From a virus (taxonomy: Duplodnaviria > Caudoviricetes), in the IMG/VR virus record IMGVR_UViG_3300021425_000037, positions 1 through 61,410 of that record: a DNA stretch of 61,410 bases, one strand, 5' to 3'. Below, piece by piece: positions 46,038-56,703 of this stretch; position 1 is the first letter of the stretch; each line of letters starts with the position of its first letter. The translations under genes were made by a program, and so were the position numbers. The notes under the pieces were generated by a model. That model was not told where the DNA came from and did not search any database. It saw nothing but the letters and a program-made list of their open reading frames with translations.

Positions 46038-48421
46038 TGGCAGAAATAAAATTTGGCCTAAACGTAAACAGGAGTCTTGCAGATGTTGCAGATCCTTTGG
46101 CGGCTTTAGCAAACATAGGAATTAATATAAACGACCTTGATATTATTAGGGGAGCAGCTGGTGACTTAGGTATTACAGCAGATGATGTAAAAACACTAAG
46201 TGGACTTAATGTACCTGTACAAACTTATCTAGTTAAACTATATCAAGATACATTACAGTATGCAAGTATTATTGACGAAACAGCAGGTACAGGTGAAGCA
46301 TTAAAAGGTAACTTAACAGTTAACGGTGTACTAGGTGCAGGCGCAATTAAATATCAATACATTGACGATGACAATACAACACTAAAATTTGCTGACATTA
46401 GTACAAGTCGTGTTAGTAGTTGGAGTAGTACAGACAGCCCTGCTACAGATACTAGCCCAATTTTTTATGGAAGTCAAATTGAAGTTGATGGAGCAATTGA
46501 AACCAACACACTTGAAATATTAAAGCCTGCAGATACAGTGCGTTTTAGAAGTTCAGAAGTACCAACACATAAAATACAAGCAACTATTGGTGGACAAACA
46601 GTATACCTATATGCTATGAAGGGAATACCACTAGTGTTTGAAGGGTTCTTTAGAAACTTAGACAGTGACCTTAGACTAGTTACAAGCGGGGCTGTAAGTT
46701 GGAGAATTGTAAACAAACAATTTGATTACCTTACAAAAGAATATGAGAATGTAGGCGGTAGTAACACAACACGTAGTTTCTTAAGATATAGAGACACAGG
46801 TGCAGCTCCTAAAAATGTAGAAATATATCACAATCCAAATAACATACTTACACTGCCATTAACAGGCATTGGTATGACCGAACTACCTGCGGCTGCATTA
46901 GAAAACTGTCAAAATTTATATGTTAATAATAATATTTTAAAAACATTCCCTGACTTTACACAATTTGTTCCTAATGTAAGAACACTAGATGTAAGAGAAA
47001 ACAATTTTACATTAGGTGACGATCCTAACTTGCGTAAGTTTAATTCTAATGTACTTGCAAGAATACCTACATCTGTTAGAGAAATTAGATTTGGTAATAC
47101 ATTCAACGGAAGTATTACAGCAGACTTAACAACACTTACAAACTTACTAACACTAAACTTAAATGGTCACAACAGAGGCGGCGCATTTAATTACTTTGAT
47201 CAAGATGGTGAAGATCCTACAGGTTCATGTCCTGAAGTTGCTAACACATGTCAAAACTATTTTATCTATAGAAACAGTTTTAACACTGTTCCACAAAGTG
47301 TAAAAGACTTACCAGATCTAAGACAAATTAATTTATATAGTAATACTATTACTGATGATAGTATGCAATTTGCAAGTAGTGTAATTAACTACATAAACAT
47401 AGGTGGTAATCCAGGTATTAACATTCCTAACTGTGCAAATAAAAATTCACTACAAAACTTTTATGCACACTACAATAGTGCGGGTAATGTGCCTGCAGAT
47501 AGAAACTTGTTCACTACAACATCAGGTGCATACAAATTTGCAAACTGTGGCAACCTAAGATTAATTTATTGTTATGGTAGTGCATACACAGGACCTATAC
47601 CAAAATTTGCAGGTAATCCAAACTTGTATTATTTCCAAGGACAGTACACAGCACTAAGAGGCGGCCGTTCAGATACCGAACAGGACTTTGTTTTGTATGA
47701 CGATGTGTTTGATGATTGTGCAAGTGCAATGCGTTACTTCCATGTAGCAAGTAGTAGTTTGTTAAATGCTCCTATGCACCCAGACTGTTTTGAAAAACCA
47801 ACAGGAATGATTGGTATTGTATTTAGAAGTTTTAATGCAGGTGTTAGTGGTGCGTTCCCAAGTTTGAGCACAATGCAGAACTTACGTTACATTGTTATGC
47901 TACAAAATAACTTTACAGGACCGTTGCCAAACTTCTTTAATAATCCAAACTTGTATTACTGTCATTTATATGGTAACAGTTTTAGTGGTGCTATACCTGT
48001 TATACAAAGTAATGCATTACAATACTACTATGTACACAGTAATCAATTAACATCATTTAACGGACTTGAAACACCTAATCTTAGACGTTTGTTTATCAGT
48101 TATAACCAAATAACTGGTGCTGTTCCAGATATGAATAATCTTACATTGTGTTATGACTTTTATATGAATAACAATAACTTTACTGATTATGTAGCAGGCG
48201 CACTAGTATCATGTAGATCATTGTATAGATTTGATATTAGTAACAATCCAAACTTACCAGCGGGTGCGGTAAATAATATTGTAGCAGACCTTGTTGCTAA
48301 CTATGAAGCAAATCCACGTAGTGGTATTAGCGTAAACTTAGCAAACACATCAACACCTACAGGTGATGCTGTAGAGCAAATTGAGTTCTTAAGGTCCAAA
48401 GGTTGGAACATGAGGTTATAA
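46037..48421 (+). CDS. Leucine-rich-repeat virion-associated protein
   Basis: Tandem LxxxxLxxNxFxGxxP repeats (LQNNFTGPLP, LYGNSFSGAIP, ISYNQITGAVP). Confidence 0.82.
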   Translation: MAEIKFGLNVNRSLADVADPLAALANIGININDLDIIRGAAGDLGITADDVKTLSGLNVPVQTYLVKLYQDTLQYASIIDETAGTGEALKGNLTVNGVLGAGAIKYQYIDDDNTTLKFADISTSRVSSWSSTDSPATDTSPIFYGSQIEVDGAIETNTLEILKPADTVRFRSSEVPTHKIQATIGGQTVYLYAMKGIPLVFEGFFRNLDSDLRLVTSGAVSWRIVNKQFDYLTKEYENVGGSNTTRSFLRYRDTGAAPKNVEIYHNPNNILTLPLTGIGMTELPAAALENCQNLYVNNNILKTFPDFTQFVPNVRTLDVRENNFTLGDDPNLRKFNSNVLARIPTSVREIRFGNTFNGSITADLTTLTNLLTLNLNGHNRGGAFNYFDQDGEDPTGSCPEVANTCQNYFIYRNSFNTVPQSVKDLPDLRQINLYSNTITDDSMQFASSVINYINIGGNPGINIPNCANKNSLQNFYAHYNSAGNVPADRNLFTTTSGAYKFANCGNLRLIYCYGSAYTGPIPKFAGNPNLYYFQGQYTALRGGRSDTEQDFVLYDDVFDDCASAMRYFHVASSSLLNAPMHPDCFEKPTGMIGIVFRSFNAGVSGAFPSLSTMQNLRYIVMLQNNFTGPLPNFFNNPNLYYCHLYGNSFSGAIPVIQSNALQYYYVHSNQLTSFNGLETPNLRRLFISYNQITGAVPDMNNLTLCYDFYMNNNNFTDYVAGALVSCRSLYRFDISNNPNLPAGAVNNIVADLVANYEANPRSGISVNLANTSTPTGDAVEQIEFLRSKGWNMRL

Positions 48422-48422
48422 A

Positions 48423-49430
48423 ATGGCAACATCAGCAGTACAAGGATTTTTAAAATCTGCAAACTTATTAGAAAACACACAAGATAGGCAGTTACTTAAT
48501 AACTTGGCTGAAGCACCTATTGCCGACGATATAAGTCTGTTTATCAACAACAGTCAAAACGTATCAAGACTTACTATTGCTGATGCAGAATATAACTTTA
48601 TTACAGGACTTGTAACTCTAGTAAACAATACAGCAGAACAGCAAGCGGCAAGAAGTGCTGTTTTCACAAACGGAGATCCTGTTAGAATACTTTTTGTTAA
48701 TGAAACTGTACTACAAGATAATTTATTTGTAACGCAAAGCGACGGTGAAAAAACATTTGGCTTTGCAAGTGACGTAGAAGGTGACAGTCAATTTACATTT
48801 GATCCGCCTTCAGAAGGATTTATTGTAGAACGTTCTGATGCTGTTGTATTAAACAACTTAACATTCTTAGGTGCTGTTGAAGACACAGCAGGATTTAGTA
48901 GCGGATTAAGTGATCAAACTTCAGGCGAGCCAGAAGGTAATCAAGGTATTGATACCGAAGACACATATGCTAATCAGTTTTTAGAGATATATCAATATTT
49001 AGATATTGCAAAATATCAAGCAGACAAAAAGTTTGTAAGTGATAAAAATGTTGCAACTGATGACGATTTTAAAATGGAAGGTTCGTTTAGTATTAATGAC
49101 CCTGCTGATATGATTATTACTGAAGGTGTAAATGTAAACAGTCCAGGACTATATATTACAAATCCTGCAAGTCCATTAACAAATATTCAACGTATTAGAG
49201 CATTTAGTGATACATCAAATCCTTGGGAAGTTGTAGGCACAGGTGTTAACACAAAATTAACAACTCAAGCTGCTTCAGCACAAACTGGTGATTTAAAACT
49301 CAACAATGGTATACTAATTGACGGTATAACACCAATTACAGAAAGTGGAAACGTAAACAACGTTACTTTTACTCATAAAGCAAAAGTTAAAATAGACGGT
49401 ATTGATTACTTTTTATGTTTAACTAGTTGA
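48423..49430 (+). CDS. Putative virion/adaptor protein
   Basis: Late module; N- and C-terminal motifs shared with neighbours. Confidence 0.7.
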   Translation: MATSAVQGFLKSANLLENTQDRQLLNNLAEAPIADDISLFINNSQNVSRLTIADAEYNFITGLVTLVNNTAEQQAARSAVFTNGDPVRILFVNETVLQDNLFVTQSDGEKTFGFASDVEGDSQFTFDPPSEGFIVERSDAVVLNNLTFLGAVEDTAGFSSGLSDQTSGEPEGNQGIDTEDTYANQFLEIYQYLDIAKYQADKKFVSDKNVATDDDFKMEGSFSINDPADMIITEGVNVNSPGLYITNPASPLTNIQRIRAFSDTSNPWEVVGTGVNTKLTTQAASAQTGDLKLNNGILIDGITPITESGNVNNVTFTHKAKVKIDGIDYFLCLTS

Positions 49431-51689
49431 TGCTAGTGCTTTATATACTGTTCCATTAAACGTAATAGGTATTGTTCTATCGAATGCTAGAGCATCGCCT
49501 AAACTTAGTTCTACACTATTAGCATTTTCTGCTACAAAGTCTCTTACTTTAAGTATAGCACTTGCATTGGTCATTTGAAGTCCAACAGTAGCACCTGTGC
49601 CGTCTGTTGTTCTAAGACCGTCTAAGGTACCTACAAATGGTGGTGCTGTGTTTAATGGTATAACACATGCTTCTTTGTCTTGAGTTGTGTCTGTAGGACA
49701 AATAACAACTGTAGTACCAGCAACCATATCATCACCTGGTTGTATAGGCTTGTTAAGCGTAACTGTATTATTAACATTATCAATAGCAATAATTCTTGTT
49801 AGTGTAGTACTATCGTCAGGATCAATTTCTTGTGTATAAGGTCTGCTTTGAAATACATTGTTTAATCCAAATCCTGATACATCGTTTAGTGTTAGTGTTG
49901 TGTCGCCAGGTACAGCAGTAACAGCAATTTCTTTACCTATAGTTCCTATACAAAAATTGTTAAGACTATTGTTTCTTAAACCCTTATCACTATAAAAATA
50001 TACCTGTTCCAATCCATTTAATCCTAATGGAATGTTTGTAGTAAATTCTCTAATACTTACAATACTTGTAACTCGTATGTAATCTGTTCCAGCAGGATTT
50101 GTTTCACTTACAACAACTGTACCTTCTTTAAGCCCTTCTGTTGTTGTTACGGTAACATTAAAGTTATTTGATGTGCCTGCTTGTACATCTAAAAATCCTC
50201 TGTGATCCATAAATTTAACAGGAACAGTAGCATCACCTGTTGCTGTTGAATCAACAATAATAATATTATTACGTGATATATCTGAAACACTTGTGCCTTT
50301 AACATAAGCAGGTGTAATAACTTTATTACCGATTTCAATGTTGTCTGTATATGGACTAGTTGACGTTGTACTCATTATATTACTATCTTGATTAAACGTT
50401 ACTGTATATTCTGCTCGTAAAGCATCAGCAAATCTCCTTGGAGGAGTATACGTTACAGTAAGTGGGCTAACACTTAACCATCTTGCGTATTGTGTACTAA
50501 AGTTAACATCTCTTGGTCCTATTTCACCGCCGCCTGTTAACAGTCTATTGTCGTAGAATCCTTTAAAACTATCTTCCTCAAACTCTTCCGGTATTTGTTG
50601 ATATAGATACCAATATGGCCAGTCGCCGCTATCTTTAATATTTGTAGTTAAGTTACAATCTATGAACTTGTTAAAATAATTCTTTGTAGGATCACTATAC
50701 CAATATGTTAAACGCATTTCCATAGGAACATATTTTTCTAAATTAGGTTCTGTATGAGAAAATCTAAATGCATCACTACCAATTTTATTTCTAATACTGT
50801 ATGTAAGTTTTGCACCTTCTGGAACGGTTATTGCTTGATTAAGAGTAATACTTGTAGCACCTGTGCCATCTACTAACAGTCCAGAACTAATTTCTGCTGA
50901 AAGTATTGCTACACCATTCTCGTCTTCTGCGGCAATAACTTCATCACCTATTACTACAGTACGAGCATCAAGTGCATCAACAGTAACGGTTGCTTCATTA
51001 TTCATTGCACTTAAATGTTCTATTTGACGATCTTCTGCAAATGTATTCTGTACAACTTGTAGATCGCCAAACTCGTCTGCTACTTCGAGCATAACAAGGC
51101 CAGTAGTTTCAAAACTAAATGTGCTTGGACCACTAGCATCTGGTACATAAAACCCAGTCCATTGAATAAGTCCGTTTGCTCCGCCTAATGTGTCGTCTAG
51201 TTTATTACTAAATTCAAATACCCCATTGTTCCAAAATTGTTTTGTAACTGCAGGTGTTTCACCTGATTTTATTATAGTGGCACCTGTAGTATTTTTACTT
51301 AACGTTTCGGTAATTTGTTCAACATCATAAAAAGTTGCTATCAATCCGTCACCACCATTAAAAAATGGGGGATCATTAGTTGTAGCAATAATAGTATCTA
51401 ACTGATTTTTAACAGTAATAACTGGTGAAGCAATTCTATCAACAAGTTCACCATCTTCTAACACAGTATTTTTTACAGCAAGTCCAGCCATTAATCCAAT
51501 ATCTCTGTTAGTTACTGTACTATTACTGATACCTTTAATGGCGTCTAAATCGCCGCCTGTAAATACTTTGTTATCAGAACCAACTACAAGGTTGTTTAGA
51601 ACGTTGTTCAGTGCCTGATCTTTTGATGTAAGATCTGATAGATTTAGGTCTCTACGTAGTCCTATGTTCTTAAATGAAGGTCTTGCCAT
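49419..51689 (-). CDS. Virion protein with PA14-like domain
   Basis: GDGLIATFY...IQWTGFYVPDASGPSTFSFET...YVPMEMRL; AGGAG SD; own late promoter. Confidence 0.72.
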   Translation of the reverse strand: MARPSFKNIGLRRDLNLSDLTSKDQALNNVLNNLVVGSDNKVFTGGDLDAIKGISNSTVTNRDIGLMAGLAVKNTVLEDGELVDRIASPVITVKNQLDTIIATTNDPPFFNGGDGLIATFYDVEQITETLSKNTTGATIIKSGETPAVTKQFWNNGVFEFSNKLDDTLGGANGLIQWTGFYVPDASGPSTFSFETTGLVMLEVADEFGDLQVVQNTFAEDRQIEHLSAMNNEATVTVDALDARTVVIGDEVIAAEDENGVAILSAEISSGLLVDGTGATSITLNQAITVPEGAKLTYSIRNKIGSDAFRFSHTEPNLEKYVPMEMRLTYWYSDPTKNYFNKFIDCNLTTNIKDSGDWPYWYLYQQIPEEFEEDSFKGFYDNRLLTGGGEIGPRDVNFSTQYARWLSVSPLTVTYTPPRRFADALRAEYTVTFNQDSNIMSTTSTSPYTDNIEIGNKVITPAYVKGTSVSDISRNNIIIVDSTATGDATVPVKFMDHRGFLDVQAGTSNNFNVTVTTTEGLKEGTVVVSETNPAGTDYIRVTSIVSIREFTTNIPLGLNGLEQVYFYSDKGLRNNSLNNFCIGTIGKEIAVTAVPGDTTLTLNDVSGFGLNNVFQSRPYTQEIDPDDSTTLTRIIAIDNVNNTVTLNKPIQPGDDMVAGTTVVICPTDTTQDKEACVIPLNTAPPFVGTLDGLRTTDGTGATVGLQMTNASAILKVRDFVAENANSVELSLGDALAFDRTIPITFNGTVYKALASTS

Positions 51690-51706
51690 ATAATACTCCT
51701 AGTACA

Positions 51707-51730
51707 GTATTTATCAGGTTTGATAAATAC
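51707..51730. promoter_or_regulatory. Palindromic divergent late promoters
   Basis: GTATTTATCA-GGTT-TGATAAATAC; each arm reads GATAAATAC on its own strand. Confidence 0.75.
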
Positions 51731-51753
51731 AATATATAATAGGAAACTAACAA

Positions 51754-52443
51754 ATGGCTGTAGAACTAGTAAACATAGGTAGAATTGCAAACGATGGTAC
51801 AGGCGATGACCTACGTGAAGCATTTATTAAAATCAATAGAAGTTTAGAAGATCTAGACTTGCGTATTGACGATAAAACTGAAGGTGTCAACTTAGGCACA
51901 GGTGCAGGCGTCTTTAAACAACGCACAGGATATAACCTAGAATATAAAAGTCTTGTAGGAAGTAATGATATTGTTGTTACAAATAACCCTACAGAAATTG
52001 CACTTAGCATAGATGCAGGACTAGCGGCAAGACCTATTGTTGCTGATACAGGAACAGCAACTATACCAGCAAGAGGAACACTAAGAATACAAGGTTCCGG
52101 CGGAATTACAACTACAGCAGATGATGCAAACGGATCAGTAACTATTGCAGGTGATGCAAGTTTAGAATCAGACACAAGCCCGTCGCTATCAGCAAATCTT
52201 AATGCTAATGGATTCGCTATTACTAACGTAGGTACGCTTATAGGTAATAATGTTCAAAGTCCTGTGTATGATGTTGATGTGCGTACACTAAATGATTTAT
52301 ATATTAATTTAGACTTTGGTGACTTTGAATCAAATACAGATAACTTTGTTGACTTCTTTAAGAGTTTAGTTGATGCTGATTACGGCTCTTTAACTAATCC
52401 AATACTATTAAACACAGACAACGGGCTATTACCAACATTGTAA
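51754..52443 (+). CDS. Baseplate/fibre protein with gp9/gp10-like N-terminus
   Basis: VNIGRIANDGTGDDLREAFIKIN. Confidence 0.8.
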   Translation: MAVELVNIGRIANDGTGDDLREAFIKINRSLEDLDLRIDDKTEGVNLGTGAGVFKQRTGYNLEYKSLVGSNDIVVTNNPTEIALSIDAGLAARPIVADTGTATIPARGTLRIQGSGGITTTADDANGSVTIAGDASLESDTSPSLSANLNANGFAITNVGTLIGNNVQSPVYDVDVRTLNDLYINLDFGDFESNTDNFVDFFKSLVDADYGSLTNPILLNTDNGLLPTL

Positions 52444-52475
52444 ATTACGATAAATAGCTATGTAAGGATTTTTAT

Positions 52476-55400
52476 ATGGCAAGTATCTGGACACAACCAA
52501 ACAACTACAAATTAAGAACACTTGTAGAAAGAGTGAAACTTGAAACAGGAGATTTTATTCTCCCTGTAGACTCAACTGCGACTATTGCATTACTAGCAGG
52601 AGATTTACCTCCTGGATTAAGGATTGTTGGTACTGAAATAACTGGTACACCTTTTGAAGTTGAGATAACAAAAATATTTAAATTTGTTCTTAGAGCAACA
52701 GTAGGAACAACTGTAGAAGATAGAACTTTTACAATAGAAGTAACAGGACCAGATGAACCGTTTTGGATTACACAACCAGGACTTTTGCCAATTGGCGCAA
52801 ACGAAAATCTATTTGTTTTAGACAATCAAATTATTGACTATCAGTTTTTAGCACTTGATGCTGACACAGCTGCAGGTCAGATACTAGAATATTATATTGT
52901 TCCCGGGGAGGGCACCCTGCCGCCAGGACTTACACTAACAAACACAGGAAGAATACAAGGTGTTGTAGAACCTCTGCTTGCGTTAGATAAAGAAGCAGCT
53001 AAAGGCGGATTTGATACAAGTCCATATGATGCTTACCCTAGCGATTTTTCAATTAAACCAGATAGAGGGTTTGATAGTTTCTTCTATGACAATGTGCGTT
53101 ATGATACACAATCAGATCCACAAATTCCAAAAAAACTAAATCGTTATTACGAATTTAAAGTAACTATCAATGATGGTGTAACACAAGATCCACCAAAAAG
53201 AAAATTCAAAATATATGTTGTAGGTGATGACTTTTTAAGAGCAGATAACACTATTATGAAAGTTTCAAATGGTGTGTTCAAAGCAGACAATACAAACATA
53301 CGTCAACCTAAATGGTTAACACCTGCAGACCTTGGATATAAAAAGTCAAACAACAATGCTACTGTTTACTTAGACGTTTACACTAGTGATACATTACAAG
53401 GTAACTTGTTGTACAGTTTAGATGATGTTAACAACGACAATACTGAAAGTATTTTGCCGCCAGGATTAAAACTAGACAGCCTTAATGGAGAACTGACTGG
53501 TACTATTCCTTACCAACCACAAAGTTTTAAAGATTACAAATTTACTGTTCGTGCAACACGTTACACAAACGACATAGACTATGCTGTAATTACAGGCACA
53601 TTTTATGAAGATACTTTATCAGGCAAACGATCATTTAAAATATTCAAACTTCCACTTAATGTACAAGACGGTATAACACTTAATGACGGTATTGACGATC
53701 TAAATGATTTAAAAGATCAAAATATTGTTCTAAATGGTAGACCTTACAAGGTTGAATCAGTAGACGGTTCAGATGACGACTTTGATATAATCACACTCAC
53801 TGAAACACTACGTCCATTTTTAAGTTTTACTGTAGCACAAAATAGTGAACCAAATAGCCAAAGTATATTTGTTGAAAAATTAAACAACTTTGAAAGACAA
53901 CAATGGAAAGACAAACAACTTGTTTATGATAACCAAAGCAGTACACCAGAAACTTACACAATACAAAGTGTATATGGTTACAGGCGTTGGCGTATCGAAA
54001 GTGCTACAGCCGATATTTCTATTAACTTTGAAGCGGGTGGTACAACGGAATTACCGTTTGGTCAAAGCGAAACGTTATCTCAGAGTGTAATAAGAATATT
54101 TGAGGGTACAGATTTGCCTGTGTTTGTAGATCCAGGTGCAACAACAGGAAGTATAACTTTTTGGGCTCCGGATAATGCACTTACAAAAGAAGCAAGAATA
54201 AAAACTATCTTTAGTGGTAGTGATTTAGTTTACACATTAGTAGATGGTAATAAAGATCTTGTATACTTTGATAGACCTTTAGAGCCGGGCAGAGATTATA
54301 TTACAGGACAAACTGTTAGCCTTGCATTATACGGTGATGGGTTCTTTGAGAAAGAATTAATTACATATGCAAATGCTGATATAAACAATCCTAGTACACC
54401 TAAAACATTTACTATTAGAATACTAGGTGAAGTAGACAGCGAACTAACATGGATTACTCCTGCAGAACTAGGAAGTATTACAGCAAACTTTAATAGTACA
54501 AAACGTGTTACAGCAAAAACAAATGTACCTGATACTAGACTAATTTATAGTATTGTAAGTGGCCGCTTGCCAAACGGGCTTAGACTAGCGTATACAGGCG
54601 AAATAATAGGTAAAGTAACACAGTTTGGTACACTAGAAAATTTAGGACTAACAACATTTGATAGTGCTGACTTTAGTTTAGACGGAGGTACTACATCAAT
54701 AGATAGATCTTACACTGTCAAAATTAAAGCAGAAGATAGATTTGGTTACAGTGCTATTGAACGAGATTTTGTAATTAATGTAATCGATCAAGACGATACA
54801 CTTTATAGTAACTTGTATATTAGACCTATGTTAGAGCCTAACATAAGAAAAGAATTTAAACGTTTTGTAAGCAATCCAGACATATTCCCAACAGAATCTA
54901 TATATAGAGCAAGTGATCCAAACTATGGTATACAAACTAAAGTAAACATGTTGGCATATGCAGGTATTGAAACTACAAATATTGACGAGTATGTTGCTGC
55001 AACAGCGAAAAATCACAAACGTAGGAATTATAAAATAGGTGATGTAAAAACAGCTATTGCTAAAGAGCCGGGCAGTAATGATATTGTATATGAAGTTGTA
55101 TATTTAGAAGTTATTGACCCGCGTGATAGTAAAAAAGGTAAAGTTGCCAATAACTTTATAGCACACCCACAACCTGGAATAACAGCAGACAATGTTAGTT
55201 ACGAAGTTATGGATGATCAAACAGCACAAGACAGTGGTTATGATGTTGCTAAAATTGACGGACGTTTTAGAGATCTTGACGTTACACTTGACCAAGGGTT
55301 AGGATTTACAGTAGGAACACGCCAAGGTGACGTAATACAAAATATTGACAATGACGATATTGATGTTACACTTAGAGACGGTGTAACAGAAGTAAACATT

Positions 55401-55835
55401 GATGTTGATCTAAGTGATGCAGAACCTATTAGACAACGTTTAAGAAGTCGCGGAGAAAATACAGTTAAAGCAGATAGTGATGCTGTTACAATAAATGACG
55501 GTAACGAAGTTAATATGTACATTAGTAACACAACAAACATGCGTGAACAATTAGAAAAAATTGGCAAAAGCCAAAGACAATACTTACCGTTATGGATGCG
55601 TACAGGTCAAGACGGAAGTATTTCAGAGTTAGATTATGTAACAGCAATACCTTTAGCATATTGTAAAGAAGGTCAAGCAAAAATAGTCCAACAAAATGTT
55701 AAAAACGCACTTGCAAATGGCGAGTTCGATTTTAAACAAATTAACTTCGATGTTGATAGATACATTGTAGACAGTGCAACAGGAATACAAGATGAAAGAT
55801 ATATTGTCTTTCCAAATTATATTTTTAATGTATAA
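52476..55835 (+). CDS. Baseplate wedge-like protein with putative Ig (He_PIG) repeats
   Basis: Repeated GxLPPGLxL...GxIxG...FTI/V units. Confidence 0.75.
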   Translation: MASIWTQPNNYKLRTLVERVKLETGDFILPVDSTATIALLAGDLPPGLRIVGTEITGTPFEVEITKIFKFVLRATVGTTVEDRTFTIEVTGPDEPFWITQPGLLPIGANENLFVLDNQIIDYQFLALDADTAAGQILEYYIVPGEGTLPPGLTLTNTGRIQGVVEPLLALDKEAAKGGFDTSPYDAYPSDFSIKPDRGFDSFFYDNVRYDTQSDPQIPKKLNRYYEFKVTINDGVTQDPPKRKFKIYVVGDDFLRADNTIMKVSNGVFKADNTNIRQPKWLTPADLGYKKSNNNATVYLDVYTSDTLQGNLLYSLDDVNNDNTESILPPGLKLDSLNGELTGTIPYQPQSFKDYKFTVRATRYTNDIDYAVITGTFYEDTLSGKRSFKIFKLPLNVQDGITLNDGIDDLNDLKDQNIVLNGRPYKVESVDGSDDDFDIITLTETLRPFLSFTVAQNSEPNSQSIFVEKLNNFERQQWKDKQLVYDNQSSTPETYTIQSVYGYRRWRIESATADISINFEAGGTTELPFGQSETLSQSVIRIFEGTDLPVFVDPGATTGSITFWAPDNALTKEARIKTIFSGSDLVYTLVDGNKDLVYFDRPLEPGRDYITGQTVSLALYGDGFFEKELITYANADINNPSTPKTFTIRILGEVDSELTWITPAELGSITANFNSTKRVTAKTNVPDTRLIYSIVSGRLPNGLRLAYTGEIIGKVTQFGTLENLGLTTFDSADFSLDGGTTSIDRSYTVKIKAEDRFGYSAIERDFVINVIDQDDTLYSNLYIRPMLEPNIRKEFKRFVSNPDIFPTESIYRASDPNYGIQTKVNMLAYAGIETTNIDEYVAATAKNHKRRNYKIGDVKTAIAKEPGSNDIVYEVVYLEVIDPRDSKKGKVANNFIAHPQPGITADNVSYEVMDDQTAQDSGYDVAKIDGRFRDLDVTLDQGLGFTVGTRQGDVIQNIDNDDIDVTLRDGVTEVNIDVDLSDAEPIRQRLRSRGENTVKADSDAVTINDGNEVNMYISNTTNMREQLEKIGKSQRQYLPLWMRTGQDGSISELDYVTAIPLAYCKEGQAKIVQQNVKNALANGEFDFKQINFDVDRYIVDSATGIQDERYIVFPNYIFNV

Positions 55836-55867
55836 CACTAGATAAATAATATACCAGGAGAAAACAG

Positions 55868-56461
55868 ATGGCCAGTAATATAGTAGATACAACAATTGAC
55901 GAAACATATCCTGTCGCAGGCGTCGACAATGATAGTCAAGGATTTAGAGATAATTTTAATATTATCAAATCAAACTTTGTAGCGGCAAAAGCCGAAATTA
56001 CAGAGTTACAAAGTAATGCGGTTCTTAAGAATGCATTATCAGGTGAAACATTAGATAACGATTTAGGCGGCAACGAAATAACAAATGCCGTATTCAAAGA
56101 TTGTGCAGAAGGTGTAAGTGCTAACGGTACTATTAACACACTACAAAACATAAGTTACCTAAATGGTGTATATCAAACAGGTACTGTTACAGGCGATCTT
56201 ACACTTACTCTTGCTGATTGGCCAGCAGCTGGGTACGCTAGAATGGTTGTAGAATTATCAAGTGATACTAGCGATACTAGAGCAATTACTTTTAACGGTG
56301 AAAACACAGCACAATTTAAAAAGTTAGCAAGCGACTCTTGGGCTTCTACTACAGCTACCGGTGTTGTTGCAACAGTTACACAATCTAAAGAAATTTACGA
56401 ATTTTGGACATACGATGGCGGAACAAACATCTATGCTAAAATTGTAGGAACATTTATTTAA
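55868..56461 (+). CDS. Putative tail/baseplate protein
   Basis: GATAAATA promoter, AGGAG SD, YPVAGVDNDSQGFRDNF. Confidence 0.7.
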   Translation: MASNIVDTTIDETYPVAGVDNDSQGFRDNFNIIKSNFVAAKAEITELQSNAVLKNALSGETLDNDLGGNEITNAVFKDCAEGVSANGTINTLQNISYLNGVYQTGTVTGDLTLTLADWPAAGYARMVVELSSDTSDTRAITFNGENTAQFKKLASDSWASTTATGVVATVTQSKEIYEFWTYDGGTNIYAKIVGTFI

Positions 56462-56694
56462 TGTTTAATCCTTTAGTTGACGACTTTTCACTTTTATCAG
56501 ATAGTGAAGTAGAAGAAAAACTGTTTGATTTAAAAAGAAAATACTGGCAAACACGAAACCCCTCTGTTCAAGAACAAATTTCAGTTATCATGAATATGTA
56601 TGCAGATGAAATGCATGTACGCAGGTCAAAGGCTATGCAAAAAACTAATGATGATTCGGAAAAAGGACTTGACAATCTGATTAATATCAGTTAA
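56461..56694 (+). CDS. Hypothetical protein
   Basis: TAATG coupling; 77 aa. Confidence 0.65.
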   Translation: MFNPLVDDFSLLSDSEVEEKLFDLKRKYWQTRNPSVQEQISVIMNMYADEMHVRRSKAMQKTNDDSEKGLDNLINIS

Positions 56695-56703
56695 AATACT
56701 TGT

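Noticed and set aside
49419-51689. Active invertible (shufflon-type) tail segment
   Set aside because: No matching inverted recombination sites at the two ends and no invertase in the window.
25569-56151. Numerous 60-140-aa minus-strand ORFs inside structural genes
   Set aside because: They are S/P/V-rich antisense shadows caused by codon bias of the long plus-strand genes, with no SD or recognisable motifs.
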